Shown here: piece after piece, positions 1-8,556 of the stretch
Layout of the letters: the number at the start of each line of letters is the position of its first letter
How positions within the stretch are numbered: position 1 is the stretch's first letter
Source of the DNA: a virus
Virus record (IMG/VR): IMGVR_UViG_3300046660_000488
Location: 408,640 to 472,639 of that record
Direction: 5' to 3' (one strand)
DNA length: 64,000 nt
The notes under the pieces: generated by a model
Seen by the model: the letters and a program-made list of their open reading frames with translations, nothing else
What the model was told of the DNA's origin: nothing
Databases searched by the model: none
Made by a program: the position numbers and the translations under genes

Positions 1-306
1 TTCCTTCAGGAAGTCGCGATCTCCAACGCCGTAGTTGCGGTAATTCAGGTCGGTGGATTTGACCGTGTGCCCATGCGCTTCCAGCACCCGGCTGATGGCG
101 CCGTCACCGCATGCCGGTTCCCAGATCGAGCCCGTGAAGGTCTCGTGGGCCAGCAAGGCTTCCGTCGCCTCCGGCGGCGTGGGGTAGAAATCGTCATCCG
201 GTCGGCCAGCAGACGTCCCAACTAGACTTTGCGCGCGCTTGAGCTTGGCGTCGATGGTTTGGGTAATGAAATGGTCGTAGGCTTCGGGAGGGAGTTCGTC
301 ATTCAT
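1..306 (-). CDS. SAM-dependent (adenine-N6-like) DNA methyltransferase, N-terminal part; the gene runs off the window edge
   Basis: The minus-strand translation starts at ATG 306..304 and reads MNDELPPEAYDHFITQTIDAKLKRAQ...DDDFYPTPPEATEALL...EPACGDGAIS. The DFYPTPP motif and the ExxCGxG SAM-binding motif I are typical of amino-MTases. The ORF was not in the track because it is truncated by the edge. Confidence 0.5.
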   Translation of the reverse strand, partial: MNDELPPEAYDHFITQTIDAKLKRAQSLVGTSAGRPDDDFYPTPPEATEALLAHETFTGSIWEPACGDGAISRVLEAHGHTVKSTDLNYRNYGVGDRDFLKE

Positions 307-336
307 GATGACGGTATTTAGTGCCGACTTTATTCT

Positions 337-1857
337 TTACTTGCTGTCAATCATTTTCTCAAGCATCGCGCTGACGCGACCAAGAACGACCTTCTCCCAG
401 CTTTCACCGTCTTGCTGGTGGATGATGTGCATGGTCGGATACCACGGAGAATCGTCCCGATTATCGAGCCAGCGCCAGCAGCCGTCAAACCGCGACAGCA
501 TCCACACCGGCTTACCCAGCGCACCCGCGAGGTGAGCCCCGGCCGTGTCCACGGTGATCAGCAAGTCCAGCCCGGCGATCCATTTGGCGGCGTACAGGAA
601 GTCGCAGTCCGGCCCGGCCAGCACGTTCTGGAAATAGTGGTCTTGGTCGTCCGGGTCGTATTGCAGGTTGACGAAGTCGATCTGGCGTTCGAGGCCGAGC
701 ATGAGGTTAAGCATCGTCCCTTTGGGGATCGAGCGTTTCTCGTCGATGGCCTGAAGCTCGGGGTTGCCCGGCCGCGCTTGCCCCGCCCAGATCAGCCCGA
801 CGCGCAGCTTGTGGCCGTCTCCATTCACCACGTCGGGAACGCTGAGGTACGGCGCCGGAGGTATGGACTTGAGGGTCGTGTTGAACAGGCGCGGCGCGCT
901 CAGCATCGGCAACTCGAAATCGTAGTCGCCGACCTCGTCGCGGCTGGTGACCACCGGCAGACCAAGGGTCTCGAACAAGGCCTTCAGCGTCCACGGCACG
1001 AGGATCGTCACCTTCCCGGCGTGCTCGGCCAGCAGCGGCGCGTAGCGAACAAACTGGATGCTGTCGCCGAAGCCTTGTTCGTGGCAGAACAGAACGTGCT
1101 TGTCCTTCGCGTCGGCGAGCGACGGCAGGAACGGCTTGACGAATTCCGTGCGGCTATTGGCCGACATCGCGCATTCCCAGCGGCGCTCGTAAAGCTCCCA
1201 GCCTTCCCCGAAATGGCCGAAGCGCAGGCGGTGGGTAGCCCGGTTGAAGTCAAGCTCGGGACTGTTGATCGGAAGCTTGGCCAGACTGTCGAACATCTGG
1301 AGCGCGGTTTTGTACTCGCCCCGGTCGGAGTGGGTCACGGCCCGGTTCAGATTGATCCGCACGAAGGCGTCGAGATTGCCTGAGCCCAAGACGGTCAGGG
1401 CATGCTCGTAGCCTTCCAGCGCCGCGTCCAGATAACCGAGCCGCCGCTGGGCGTTGGCATGGTGGAAAGCGTATTCCCAGTTTTCGGGCTCGCGGTTGGT
1501 GGCGACGTGGTAGTGCTCTTCGGCGCCGTGCAGGTGGCCGAGCGCCGAACGGACGTGGCCGATCATGAAATTGACCGCCGGATGGTCCGGGCATTCCTCG
1601 TCGGCCGCGTCGATCAGCGATTCCGCCAGTTTCAATTGGCCAGCGTCGAGCAGCGCCGACATGCTGTTGCAGAACCACGCTGGTGCGGGAGATACGGACA
1701 CGGCCGCCAGCAGCAGGGTGAAGGCCTCGTCATACCGCCCGAGCGCCACGAGGGACAGGCCGGTCACGTGCATGGTCTCGGCGGCAGACGCACCAGCCTG
1801 AAGCACGGCGTCGTGCCGACCGGCGAAATAGTCCTGCCAAACTGGATTGGTACTCAT
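337..1857 (-). CDS. TPR-repeat glycosyltransferase (GT9/GT41-like C-terminal domain)
   Basis: A 506-aa ORF. The N-terminal half has TPR-like helical repeats (GRYDEAF..., YLDAALEGYEHAL). The C-terminal half has the GFGDSIQFVRY and TVDTAGAHLAGALGKPVW motifs typical of TPR-fused glycosyltransferases. Confidence 0.6.
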   Translation of the reverse strand: MSTNPVWQDYFAGRHDAVLQAGASAAETMHVTGLSLVALGRYDEAFTLLLAAVSVSPAPAWFCNSMSALLDAGQLKLAESLIDAADEECPDHPAVNFMIGHVRSALGHLHGAEEHYHVATNREPENWEYAFHHANAQRRLGYLDAALEGYEHALTVLGSGNLDAFVRINLNRAVTHSDRGEYKTALQMFDSLAKLPINSPELDFNRATHRLRFGHFGEGWELYERRWECAMSANSRTEFVKPFLPSLADAKDKHVLFCHEQGFGDSIQFVRYAPLLAEHAGKVTILVPWTLKALFETLGLPVVTSRDEVGDYDFELPMLSAPRLFNTTLKSIPPAPYLSVPDVVNGDGHKLRVGLIWAGQARPGNPELQAIDEKRSIPKGTMLNLMLGLERQIDFVNLQYDPDDQDHYFQNVLAGPDCDFLYAAKWIAGLDLLITVDTAGAHLAGALGKPVWMLSRFDGCWRWLDNRDDSPWYPTMHIIHQQDGESWEKVVLGRVSAMLEKMIDSK

Positions 1858-1880
1858 CCGCGCATTTTAGCGCAGAGGGA

Positions 1881-1903
1881 GTCTGGTTTACCAGACCTTT
1901 TTG
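1881..1903 (+). terminator. Hairpin GTCTGG-TTTA-CCAGAC followed by CTTTTTG; it also carries a copy of the TGGTTTACCA palindrome
   Basis: A perfect 6-bp stem plus a T-run are visible in the sequence. The orientation is antisense to the flanking minus-strand genes. Confidence 0.35.
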
Positions 1904-2130
1904 TCCTTGACGCATTTCGGGCAGAATTGGCGGTCGTCGCGCTTGCTGATCTTCCAGCCGCGCGCTTGGACCTGCCCGACGCATTCGCGTTCGGTCTGTC
2001 CGGTGGCTTGCGCGAAACCGCCGCTGCGGTCGCCGGGGGTGATGGCCGAGCACACGAACAGGCTCTCGCCGCCGGATGACTCCGTGCTGTTGGTGCAGTA
2101 GACGTCGATGGAGTAGCAGCCGACCAGCAT
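1888..2130 (-). CDS. hypothetical small Cys-rich protein (C-terminal CPKC)
   Basis: An 80-aa ORF in the minus-strand early block. Its stop overlaps the start of the upstream gene. Confidence 0.35.
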   Translation of the reverse strand: MLVGCYSIDVYCTNSTESSGGESLFVCSAITPGDRSGGFAQATGQTERECVGQVQARGWKISKRDDRQFCPKCVKDKKVW

Positions 2131-2504
2131 TAGATCAAACGCTCCCCAACCAGCAGCAGGGCATCTTCCCGCGCTTCTTCGATCTCAGCGTCGGACCACG
2201 TGACCTTGCCGGTGATTTCGCAGTCGCCCACGCGCCAGATCACGCCGCAGACGCCCGAACCGGTGACGTACTGGGCTTCCTCGCGGGTGCACCACACCAG
2301 ACGTTTCTTGTCCGGGCCGTGGCGACCGTTGCCAGATTGCTCGTCTTCGAGCCAGATTTCGTAGGAGAAGCGCTCCAAGAACGGAGCGTCGGCGGCAGGC
2401 GCGACCAGATCGGGCAGGGCCTTCATCCAGCCGCTAACCCGGTACGTGCCCGACAGGCTTTCCGAGTTGGTGGAGCGGATGATGTCGCCTACGTCCGGGG
2501 CCAT
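2130..2504 (-). CDS. hypothetical protein
   Basis: A 124-aa ORF with AGGAGA immediately upstream of the ATG. It is preceded by conserved promoter-like element A. Confidence 0.45.
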   Translation of the reverse strand: MAPDVGDIIRSTNSESLSGTYRVSGWMKALPDLVAPAADAPFLERFSYEIWLEDEQSGNGRHGPDKKRLVWCTREEAQYVTGSGVCGVIWRVGDCEITGKVTWSDAEIEEAREDALLLVGERLI

Positions 2505-2529
2505 GTGGTCTCCTGTCGCCGTTGAGAAG

Positions 2530-2565
2530 TGCAGATTAGCACACTCTACTTTGATTGCAAGCGAA
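2530..2565 (-). promoter_or_regulatory. conserved about 32-bp promoter-like element, copy A (TTGCAA-N15/16-CTAATC on minus)
   Basis: The block cagaTTAgCACACTCTACTTtgaTTGCAAGC is shared almost exactly with copy B at 3100..3136. Both copies lie directly upstream of minus-strand gene starts. Confidence 0.4.
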
Positions 2566-2568
2566 TAC

Positions 2569-3030
2569 TTAGACCTGTTGCGGGATGATTGCCTTCATCA
2601 GCTTGGCTTCGAGCCACATCGGGTCGGAGGTGTTGACGCAGACATGCTGTTCCTTGCCTTCGATGACGACGACCGCGCGGAACAGCAGGGTATAGTTGAT
2701 CCGCATGCCGCTCATGCCCGAACCGCCGCCGACGTAGGCTTGGGTGTTCGACATGTTGTTGATGGAGACGTTGAACGTCGAGACGCCGGAGACTTGGACC
2801 TCGTAGGCCGTGTCGATAACGCGCATCATCTGGCGAATCTTCGCCTTGTTGTACTCCGGCAGTTGCTTGCCGTTCCAGCTATCCATGTAGCCGTCGCGCT
2901 TCAGTTTCTTCAGCGTCTTGCGCGTGTGGACCAGCGCGTCGCGCAGCAGGGTCTTGCGATAGTACTTGCCGTCAACCCCGGCCATGGCCATGTCTCGCGA
3001 GACCCGCGTTCCGATGGCGATCTTCGGCAT
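2569..3030 (-). CDS. hypothetical protein (start chosen at MPKIAIGT, downstream of element B)
   Basis: The track ORF is 2569..3147. The upstream part of it overlaps the promoter-like element, so the internal ATG at 3030 was preferred. Confidence 0.4.
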   Translation of the reverse strand: MPKIAIGTRVSRDMAMAGVDGKYYRKTLLRDALVHTRKTLKKLKRDGYMDSWNGKQLPEYNKAKIRQMMRVIDTAYEVQVSGVSTFNVSINNMSNTQAYVGGGSGMSGMRINYTLLFRAVVVIEGKEQHVCVNTSDPMWLEAKLMKAIIPQQV

Positions 3031-3099
3031 CGGGATTTCGTAGACGGGGCCGGTAGGACGATCAGGGTGGGTCAAGCGAGGTCTCCTGCGTTTCAACAA

Positions 3100-3136
3100 G
3101 CACAGACTATCACACTCTACTTGCTTTGCAAGCAGA
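3100..3136 (-). promoter_or_regulatory. conserved promoter-like element, copy B
   Basis: The block cagacTAtCACACTCTACTTgctTTGCAAGC matches copy A. Confidence 0.4.
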
Positions 3137-3162
3137 TTCTGAAGCACAGATGGAGAAAGTTG

Positions 3163-3483
3163 CTACTCGGCGGTGACCGCAGCCAAGGTTTCGGACAGGA
3201 CCGCCGCTTGGCGCTTGTTGTGGGTGAGCTTGGCGTGCTTGATCTCTTGGTTGCAGATCGTCAGCGAATGCTGGAGCTTGGCGACGGCGGCCTTGGCCTC
3301 AGCTTCGGTGAGGCCATCGAGCAGCAGCCAGTCGGCCTTGCGGGTCGCCGGAGCAGCGTCTTCGTGCTCGGGCTTGCTGATAAACGTCACCGACTTGTCG
3401 GTTTTCTTGACCAGAATGGCGGAGAAGGTGGGCTTGTCGAGGAAGTGGAGGTGTTGCAGGATCGCCCAGTTGCGTTCGGTCAT
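3163..3483 (-). CDS. hypothetical protein
   Basis: A 106-aa ORF with a GAGGAGA SD 6 nt upstream and a consensus sigma70 promoter further upstream. Confidence 0.55.
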   Translation of the reverse strand: MTERNWAILQHLHFLDKPTFSAILVKKTDKSVTFISKPEHEDAAPATRKADWLLLDGLTEAEAKAAVAKLQHSLTICNQEIKHAKLTHNKRQAAVLSETLAAVTAE

Positions 3484-3515
3484 GATGATCTCCTCAACTT
3501 CATTTCGAGAAAGGC

Positions 3516-3543
3516 ATCATAGCACAGTTAGTATAGGTGTCAA
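3516..3543 (-). promoter_or_regulatory. sigma70-type promoter (TTGACA-N16-TATGAT)
   Basis: On the minus strand: TTGACA (3543..3538), a 16-nt spacer, then TATGAT (3521..3516). A GC/T-rich upstream tract is present. The hexamers are consensus-quality. Confidence 0.55.
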
Positions 3544-3574
3544 GCAAAAGCCCCCGGAATTGCTTCCGAGGGCT
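3544..3574 (-). terminator. rho-independent terminator after the 3600..4679 gene
   Basis: On the minus strand: AGCCCTCGGAAGCAATTCCGGGGGCT followed by TTTTGCTT. Confidence 0.5.
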
Positions 3575-3599
3575 CCACTTACTCGATACTGTGTTACGC

Positions 3600-4679
3600 T
3601 TAGGCGTAGGTGATGACCACGTTGGCCGTACCGACCGTCGCCGCGCCGGTGACGTAGATCGCGATGTCCGTTTCAGCACCCGTGGGGAACTGGTAGATCG
3701 GAGTCGTGACATACGAACCAGCGCCTTGCAGGTCGTTTTGGTCCGCGCCCATCAGGCGGGCGTTGTCGCCAGCGTCACCGACGCTGATGGCGATGTCGCC
3801 GTCGAAATCGGCCGTGACTTCAACCGAAACCTCAACCACGCGAGCGCCGTTGCCGACCTTGCCCAGAGAGATCGTGCCGGTCGAAGCAGCGGTGATGGCC
3901 ACCTTGGTCGTCAGGTTGTCGGAACGAGCCGAATCCTGAGTGGCGACCAGACGCCAAGCCGTGCCGTCGTACAGGTAGTCAGCGTATTCGCCAGCCGCAG
4001 CGTCGGTCGGGATGCCGCTCGCGTCGATGACGTGAACGAAATCGCCAGCACCCGGCGTGAGGCTATCGCGAGCCGCGATATCGGCGACGACCGAAGACTT
4101 GGTCGCCGAAGCACCCTTGGCGCCGATGTACTTGTAGACTTCGATGTAGACGCCGTTCGAGGCGACGGAGAACGTGCCCGTACCGATGGTCGCAGCCTTA
4201 CCGCTCGGGATCGTGCCCGTGAAGTTCAGAACGCCAGAGATATAGTCGTAGACGTACTCTTCGCCAGTCGTGTCGGGGAAGATACGAGCAGCGTTGCCGC
4301 TGTTCGGGTCGCCCAGATAGACCTTGACGAGATAGCCGGAACCGAACGTCGTCGGAACGAAGTCGATCAGGCGCGAGCCCGTGTCGTTGTAGGTCGCCGT
4401 GGCCAGCCACGTCTGGTTGGACGGGGCGGTCGGGTCCATCGTCATACGGATGCGCGAGGCGCCCGTGTACAGTTGGATCGTGGCCGTGGTCGAAACAGGC
4501 GGCAGGGTAGGGATCGCAGTCGAATCCGATTGTGCCCAGATGTTCGCCGAATAGACCGGCGTGGGCGAAGCAATCGTTTCGTTCGAACCAGCCTTGTTAG
4601 CGGCCGATGCTGTCTTCGAAGTACCGAAGATTACCTTCTTCCAAAGGAAGTCAAGCTTTTCGCTGTCAGAAATTGCCAT
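3600..4679 (-). CDS. virion structural protein, probably associated with the tail fibre
   Basis: A 359-aa ORF, rich in Thr/Ser/Gly/Ala. It sits immediately downstream of the tail-fibre gene in the same operon. Confidence 0.5.
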   Translation of the reverse strand: MAISDSEKLDFLWKKVIFGTSKTASAANKAGSNETIASPTPVYSANIWAQSDSTAIPTLPPVSTTATIQLYTGASRIRMTMDPTAPSNQTWLATATYNDTGSRLIDFVPTTFGSGYLVKVYLGDPNSGNAARIFPDTTGEEYVYDYISGVLNFTGTIPSGKAATIGTGTFSVASNGVYIEVYKYIGAKGASATKSSVVADIAARDSLTPGAGDFVHVIDASGIPTDAAAGEYADYLYDGTAWRLVATQDSARSDNLTTKVAITAASTGTISLGKVGNGARVVEVSVEVTADFDGDIAISVGDAGDNARLMGADQNDLQGAGSYVTTPIYQFPTGAETDIAIYVTGAATVGTANVVITYA

Positions 4680-4694
4680 GATGCTTATCCTTCC

Positions 4695-6509
4695 TTAGTT
4701 GCTGAAGCTGAGTGCGGTGATGGCTTGGCCAGCGTTCAGGCGGAAGCGCACGAGGATTTCATTCCCCGTTGCCGACGTCGAAGAAGCCGTACCGAAGGTC
4801 ATTTGGAACGAGCCAGTGGCGCCGCTCATGACCGTACCCGACGCACAGCCAGCGACGGTGTCGCCAGCTTCACCGGGGATACCGGCGCCGTCATAGGGTG
4901 CGAAACCGTTCCACCAAACGCCGCCCAGCGAGTTCGGCTGAGCCGTCGAAACGCCCGGAAGAGCGATCCAGCAGCCAGCGTACGTGCCGGTGACGTTGAT
5001 CTTGAACTGCGAGAGAGCCGTACGGGCGAACGAGAACGTCACGTACTGGACTGCATCGCGGCCCGAGAGGTTCGGACCAACCGGCAGATAACCGGTCGAG
5101 TAGTTGGTTTGGTCAGCCTTCAGGATACCGCCGACGACAGCCGCTTCGTGAGCAGCCAGCGCAGCCGTAGCGTCCCAAGCGACAGTCGAGGCGTTCGGGG
5201 TGTTGCCCGTGCCCTTGCTGACGCGGATGGCGTTGTTCGCGTTCGGCGAAGAGCCCAGACCCGAGACCGGGATGGACAGTTCGTCAACCTTCGAAGCAGC
5301 CGCGACGCCGCGCTTGACCAGAACGATGTTGCTGGTCAGGTTCGTTGCCGTGCTGGAGCCGTTGACGTTTTTGGCGACGGCCGTGAGAGCGCCCATGCCA
5401 TGCGTCGCGCCGTCCACGTTGATCGTCACCGGCGTGATGGCCGTGGCGGTCGTGGTGTTGGCGGCGAACGGGGTCGAGAGACCCATGTTCGTGTAGGTGA
5501 AGGTCTGCGACGAGATCACCGAGTTGGCGCCCGAGACGACGACCGGGTCAGAACCACCGTAGTAGGTTTGGCCCGACAGGTTCGACATCGACAGACCAAC
5601 AGTCAGCGTGCCCGACGTGTTGTAGTGCGGAACCGACGACGAGTAGGCGACCGTACCGGCACTGGCCTGAGCCAGCGACGTTGCGGTGATCGCCGGAACG
5701 GCCGTGACGTTGTCGCGAACGAGGAAGACATCCGAAGTCGTGCCCGAACCGGTGTGGTTCAGCTTGATCTTGTTGATGCCGGTGCTCGTGGCGCCGCCAG
5801 TGATCTGGATGTCAACCGACTTCCAGAAACCCGGCGTAGCGACCGGGAAGTCTTTCTGATCGGAAATGACCAGACCCGAGAACGTGCCAGCGTCGCCCGT
5901 ACCCGTGAGGGTCTTGGAGCCGACGACAGTGCCGTTCAGCAGGAATTGGACCGTGCCCGAATTGCCCGGACCCATGTCGTTGAAGACGTTCGAGTTGACG
6001 GCAGCGATAGTGCGGGTGACCGCGCTACCAGCCGACAGGCCCGAGCCACCGCCCGAAGCGTCAGCAGCACCGGTGGCGAGCAGCGGAGTGCTACCCGAGG
6101 TGTTGGCGACGGTCAGAGCGTTCGCGTTCGGGAACGACGGCGGCGATGCCGGGACCAGAAGGCCCAGAATTTCGTTCAGACGGTCAACTGCTTCCGAGAC
6201 CGGAGTCGCGTCAGACAGTGAGACGGCGCCCGGCGTCCACGAGCCATCGCCATTGACGGCGACGTTGCCCAGCGGGACGTGGAAACCGTCGTTAGCAGCA
6301 ACCGCGTTGGACACGAAGGTCGTAACTTGACCCAGTGTGACAACGTCGGTGTCGCTTACGGCGTTAGCAGCACGCATAACGGCCAGACCTGCGTCTGCCG
6401 CGTTGCGAACTTCGACAACACCACCGTTCACTTTGAGGCGAGGACCCGCCTTACCAAACTGAACGTTGGTGCCTACGCCTGTAAGCCCAAAGTTTTTAAT
6501 TTCAGCCAT
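4695..6509 (-). CDS. tail fibre protein
   Basis: A 604-aa ORF. Its N-terminus MAEIKNFGLTGVGTNVQFGKAGPRLKVN matches the widespread phage tail-fibre N-terminal motif. The rest is a long G/S/T/A-rich shaft. A CTAAATAC late box (minus) lies at 6536..6544. Confidence 0.65.
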   Translation of the reverse strand: MAEIKNFGLTGVGTNVQFGKAGPRLKVNGGVVEVRNAADAGLAVMRAANAVSDTDVVTLGQVTTFVSNAVAANDGFHVPLGNVAVNGDGSWTPGAVSLSDATPVSEAVDRLNEILGLLVPASPPSFPNANALTVANTSGSTPLLATGAADASGGGSGLSAGSAVTRTIAAVNSNVFNDMGPGNSGTVQFLLNGTVVGSKTLTGTGDAGTFSGLVISDQKDFPVATPGFWKSVDIQITGGATSTGINKIKLNHTGSGTTSDVFLVRDNVTAVPAITATSLAQASAGTVAYSSSVPHYNTSGTLTVGLSMSNLSGQTYYGGSDPVVVSGANSVISSQTFTYTNMGLSTPFAANTTTATAITPVTINVDGATHGMGALTAVAKNVNGSSTATNLTSNIVLVKRGVAAASKVDELSIPVSGLGSSPNANNAIRVSKGTGNTPNASTVAWDATAALAAHEAAVVGGILKADQTNYSTGYLPVGPNLSGRDAVQYVTFSFARTALSQFKINVTGTYAGCWIALPGVSTAQPNSLGGVWWNGFAPYDGAGIPGEAGDTVAGCASGTVMSGATGSFQMTFGTASSTSATGNEILVRFRLNAGQAITALSFSN

Positions 6510-6535
6510 TGCAATCTCCCAAGAAAATGCCTCGG

Positions 6536-6544
6536 GTATTTAGG
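6536..6544 (-). promoter_or_regulatory. late-promoter-like box CCTAAATAC
   Basis: The box lies about 28 nt upstream of the tail-fibre ATG. A GGGAGA SD sits between them. Confidence 0.45.
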
Positions 6545-6624
6545 CAGTGGCCAGCTATGTTCTCGTATAGCTTAAATGTTTTTGAAGTTAAACCTGACGT
6601 TATTACTTCGTCGGGTGGCCGACG

Positions 6625-6941
6625 CTATTCCAGATACTTTTCGATAATCTCGGAATACTTGCCATCGAGCTTCATGCAGAACACCAACCAGCCTTTGTTC
6701 CAGACTGGACGTGGGTTTTCGGAGATCGTTTCGACGATCTTGGGGAAGTCCTGAAGGATGAACAGGACATCGTCGGCCATGGCGATAGCCGAGTTGACAA
6801 TGTGGTTGGTGTCGATCTGCGCGTCGAAGATGTTCGGGATTTGCCCGACCCAGACCGCCCGCGCCACAGGCGACATGCTGACGATCTCAGCGCGCATTTC
6901 TGCACGCTGAGCAGTCGTCAAATGACCGATCCGGTTCATGC
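6625..6941 (-). CDS. hypothetical protein
   Basis: The start was chosen at MNRIGHLT. This ATG overlaps the stop of the upstream gene in an ATGA arrangement. Confidence 0.4.
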
Positions 6942-7742
6942 CTTCGGCTTGGCTCTCGACTTGCGGGGCTTGCGCGGCGCCTTGCCCTGCTCTTCGATCT
7001 GGGCCTTCACGGCTTCCATCGCCGCGCAGGCGGCTTCCCATTGGCCGCTTTCGATCAGACGGCGCTTGGCGTTGGCTGCGGCCTGTTCCATCGTGATCGT
7101 CGGCTTGCCGTCTTCGACCGCTTTCTTGGCGGCGGCGTGCTTGTAGTCGAGGGCTTCGTTGGTCAGGCGGTGCAGACGTTCAGTCGCCTTCGCGTCCAGC
7201 ATCACTTCGTCCCAGTGGCCGTACTTGGAGTGGCGGCCCATGATATAGCCGAGACCCAGACCCAGACGCTTCCAGAAGCCGGTGGCCAGATTGCTCAGGT
7301 AGGGCTTCAGGTAGAAATCGCCATCGACTGGGTCGAGCACGAATTTGAACACGTGGTCATCGCTGTGACATTCGCACTCGAAGTATTCGGTCTTGGTGTC
7401 CTCGTCGTCGAACGCCTCGTGGTCCTTGTCGCAGTGGGCAAGGCCAGTGTTGGGATCGGCCAAGGCGTCAGAGGTGTCGTGCGTCTCCAAAGCCTTGTGG
7501 ATGGCGATGGTGGCGTCGATGATCGAGGTCTGAAACTCGGGGGTGAGTTCGGTGTAGGCCTTGTCGCGGATTTGTCCGGCGAGGACTTCCAGCGGAATGG
7601 CGGCTTCGACGAGCGCCCGGCGGCCGGAGCGGACTTCAGCGACCAAGAGAAGCATCAGTTGGGTCATGCCCGTCTCGTCCGGCTCTGACAGCTTGTCGCG
7701 GCAGATGCGGTCGAGGTCGTCCAGAAGTTTTTGCGTGAACAT
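6936..7742 (-). CDS. hypothetical protein
   Basis: A 268-aa ORF with the start chosen at MFTQKLLDD. Another in-frame ATG lies at 7787. Confidence 0.4.
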   Translation of the reverse strand: MFTQKLLDDLDRICRDKLSEPDETGMTQLMLLLVAEVRSGRRALVEAAIPLEVLAGQIRDKAYTELTPEFQTSIIDATIAIHKALETHDTSDALADPNTGLAHCDKDHEAFDDEDTKTEYFECECHSDDHVFKFVLDPVDGDFYLKPYLSNLATGFWKRLGLGLGYIMGRHSKYGHWDEVMLDAKATERLHRLTNEALDYKHAAAKKAVEDGKPTITMEQAAANAKRRLIESGQWEAACAAMEAVKAQIEEQGKAPRKPRKSRAKPKA

Positions 7743-7828
7743 GAAATGTCCTAAAAAATGAAGGGGGAGCTTTCTGTTGACAGGCAAGCCCCGAAGGACC
7801 GGCTCCCTAACCCCGGAACCATCACCGC

Positions 7829-8026
7829 TTACGCGGCGACAGCGTAGTCCATGGCAACGTTGTCGTTGGCATTTACAATTGTGAACTGATCGTCGGCCGT
7901 GTCTTGCCGGATATCTCGCAAACCCTTTACCGCCGCGAATCGATGCTGGTCACCCCCACTTAGAAACCCATCGCGGACGATGGGCTTGTATGGTGGAGGT
8001 GCGGGGAATCGCACCCCGGTCTTCAT
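7829..8026 (-). CDS. hypothetical small protein
   Basis: A 65-aa ORF. It is preceded on the minus strand by a CTTAAATAC box and a TGGTAAACCA palindrome. Confidence 0.3.
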   Translation of the reverse strand: MKTGVRFPAPPPYKPIVRDGFLSGGDQHRFAAVKGLRDIRQDTADDQFTIVNANDNVAMDYAVAA

Positions 8027-8091
8027 CGGCTTATTACAGTCTGGTCATCAATATCGTCTGTATTTAAGCATGGTTTACCAAATGGCACAAG

Positions 8092-8556
8092 CTAAATCGA
8101 ATTCTCGTCCATTTTGGTGATCCGCTTGGCGGCCAAGGACTTTTTGCGTTCCTTTTCCGACTGGTGCGCGCGGTACACAATGCACGGACCCATCCAGCCA
8201 TATGGCCCCACGAACAGTGCGGTGATCAGCCACCAGTCTTGGTTTTTAACGAACCACGGGATGTGGTGCGTGACCGTCAGCATGCCCAGCGTACCGAAGA
8301 ACACGAGCAGCAGAAAAGTCGGGCCGAACGTGATGATCTCAGACCTGATCCACCGGCGCCGAGCATCTTGTTCGTCCGGGGTCACCAGCAGACCAAGCTC
8401 GTCTTCCAGCATGGCCTGTCGTTCGGCCATCGCGCAGACCTTCTTGAACCAGTGGCGGTCGTTGATGCCAATGGGGCACGGTCCGGTCTCCGGCGTCCAC
8501 GAGACGAAATCGGCGACGATCTTCTGAGCCCGGTCGGCCACCACGGGTTTCATCGG
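8092..8556 (-). CDS. membrane protein with two predicted TM helices
   Basis: The start at MKPVVADRAQ has its ATG overlapping the serS stop (ATGA). Hydrophobic stretches are IITFGPTFLLLVFFGTLGML and WWLITALFVGPYGWMGPCIVY. Confidence 0.45.
   Translation of the reverse strand, partial: PMKPVVADRAQKIVADFVSWTPETGPCPIGINDRHWFKKVCAMAERQAMLEDELGLLVTPDEQDARRRWIRSEIITFGPTFLLLVFFGTLGMLTVTHHIPWFVKNQDWWLITALFVGPYGWMGPCIVYRAHQSEKERKKSLAAKRITKMDENSI

Noticed and set aside
3537-6221. Very long ORFs antisense to better-supported genes. These include 3537..6221(+), 13574..16558(-), 31205..32935(-), 33620..35362(-), 26573..27706(-), 29450..31009(-), 35541..36605(-), 36742..37884(-), 20267..21595(-), 54003..55391(-), 55414..56580(-), 59762..60919(-), 61850..62509(-), 62743..63357(-), 50965..52269(+), 412..1383(+), 8583..9437(+) and 10425..11249(+).
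   Set aside because: Their translations are low-complexity R/A/G/V/D-rich, as expected for the reverse strand of high-GC coding DNA. In every case the opposite strand carries recognisable domains (fibre, sheath, flotillin, terminase, UvsX, SerRS and others).
7985-8035. Possible tRNA near GGTGCGGGGAATCGCACC / CCGGGGTGCGATTCCCCGCACCTCCACCA on the minus strand.
   Set aside because: The hairpin has a 6-nt loop, and no D-arm or anticodon arm can be placed. It lies inside or adjacent to a small minus-strand ORF. It is likely just a GC-rich hairpin.
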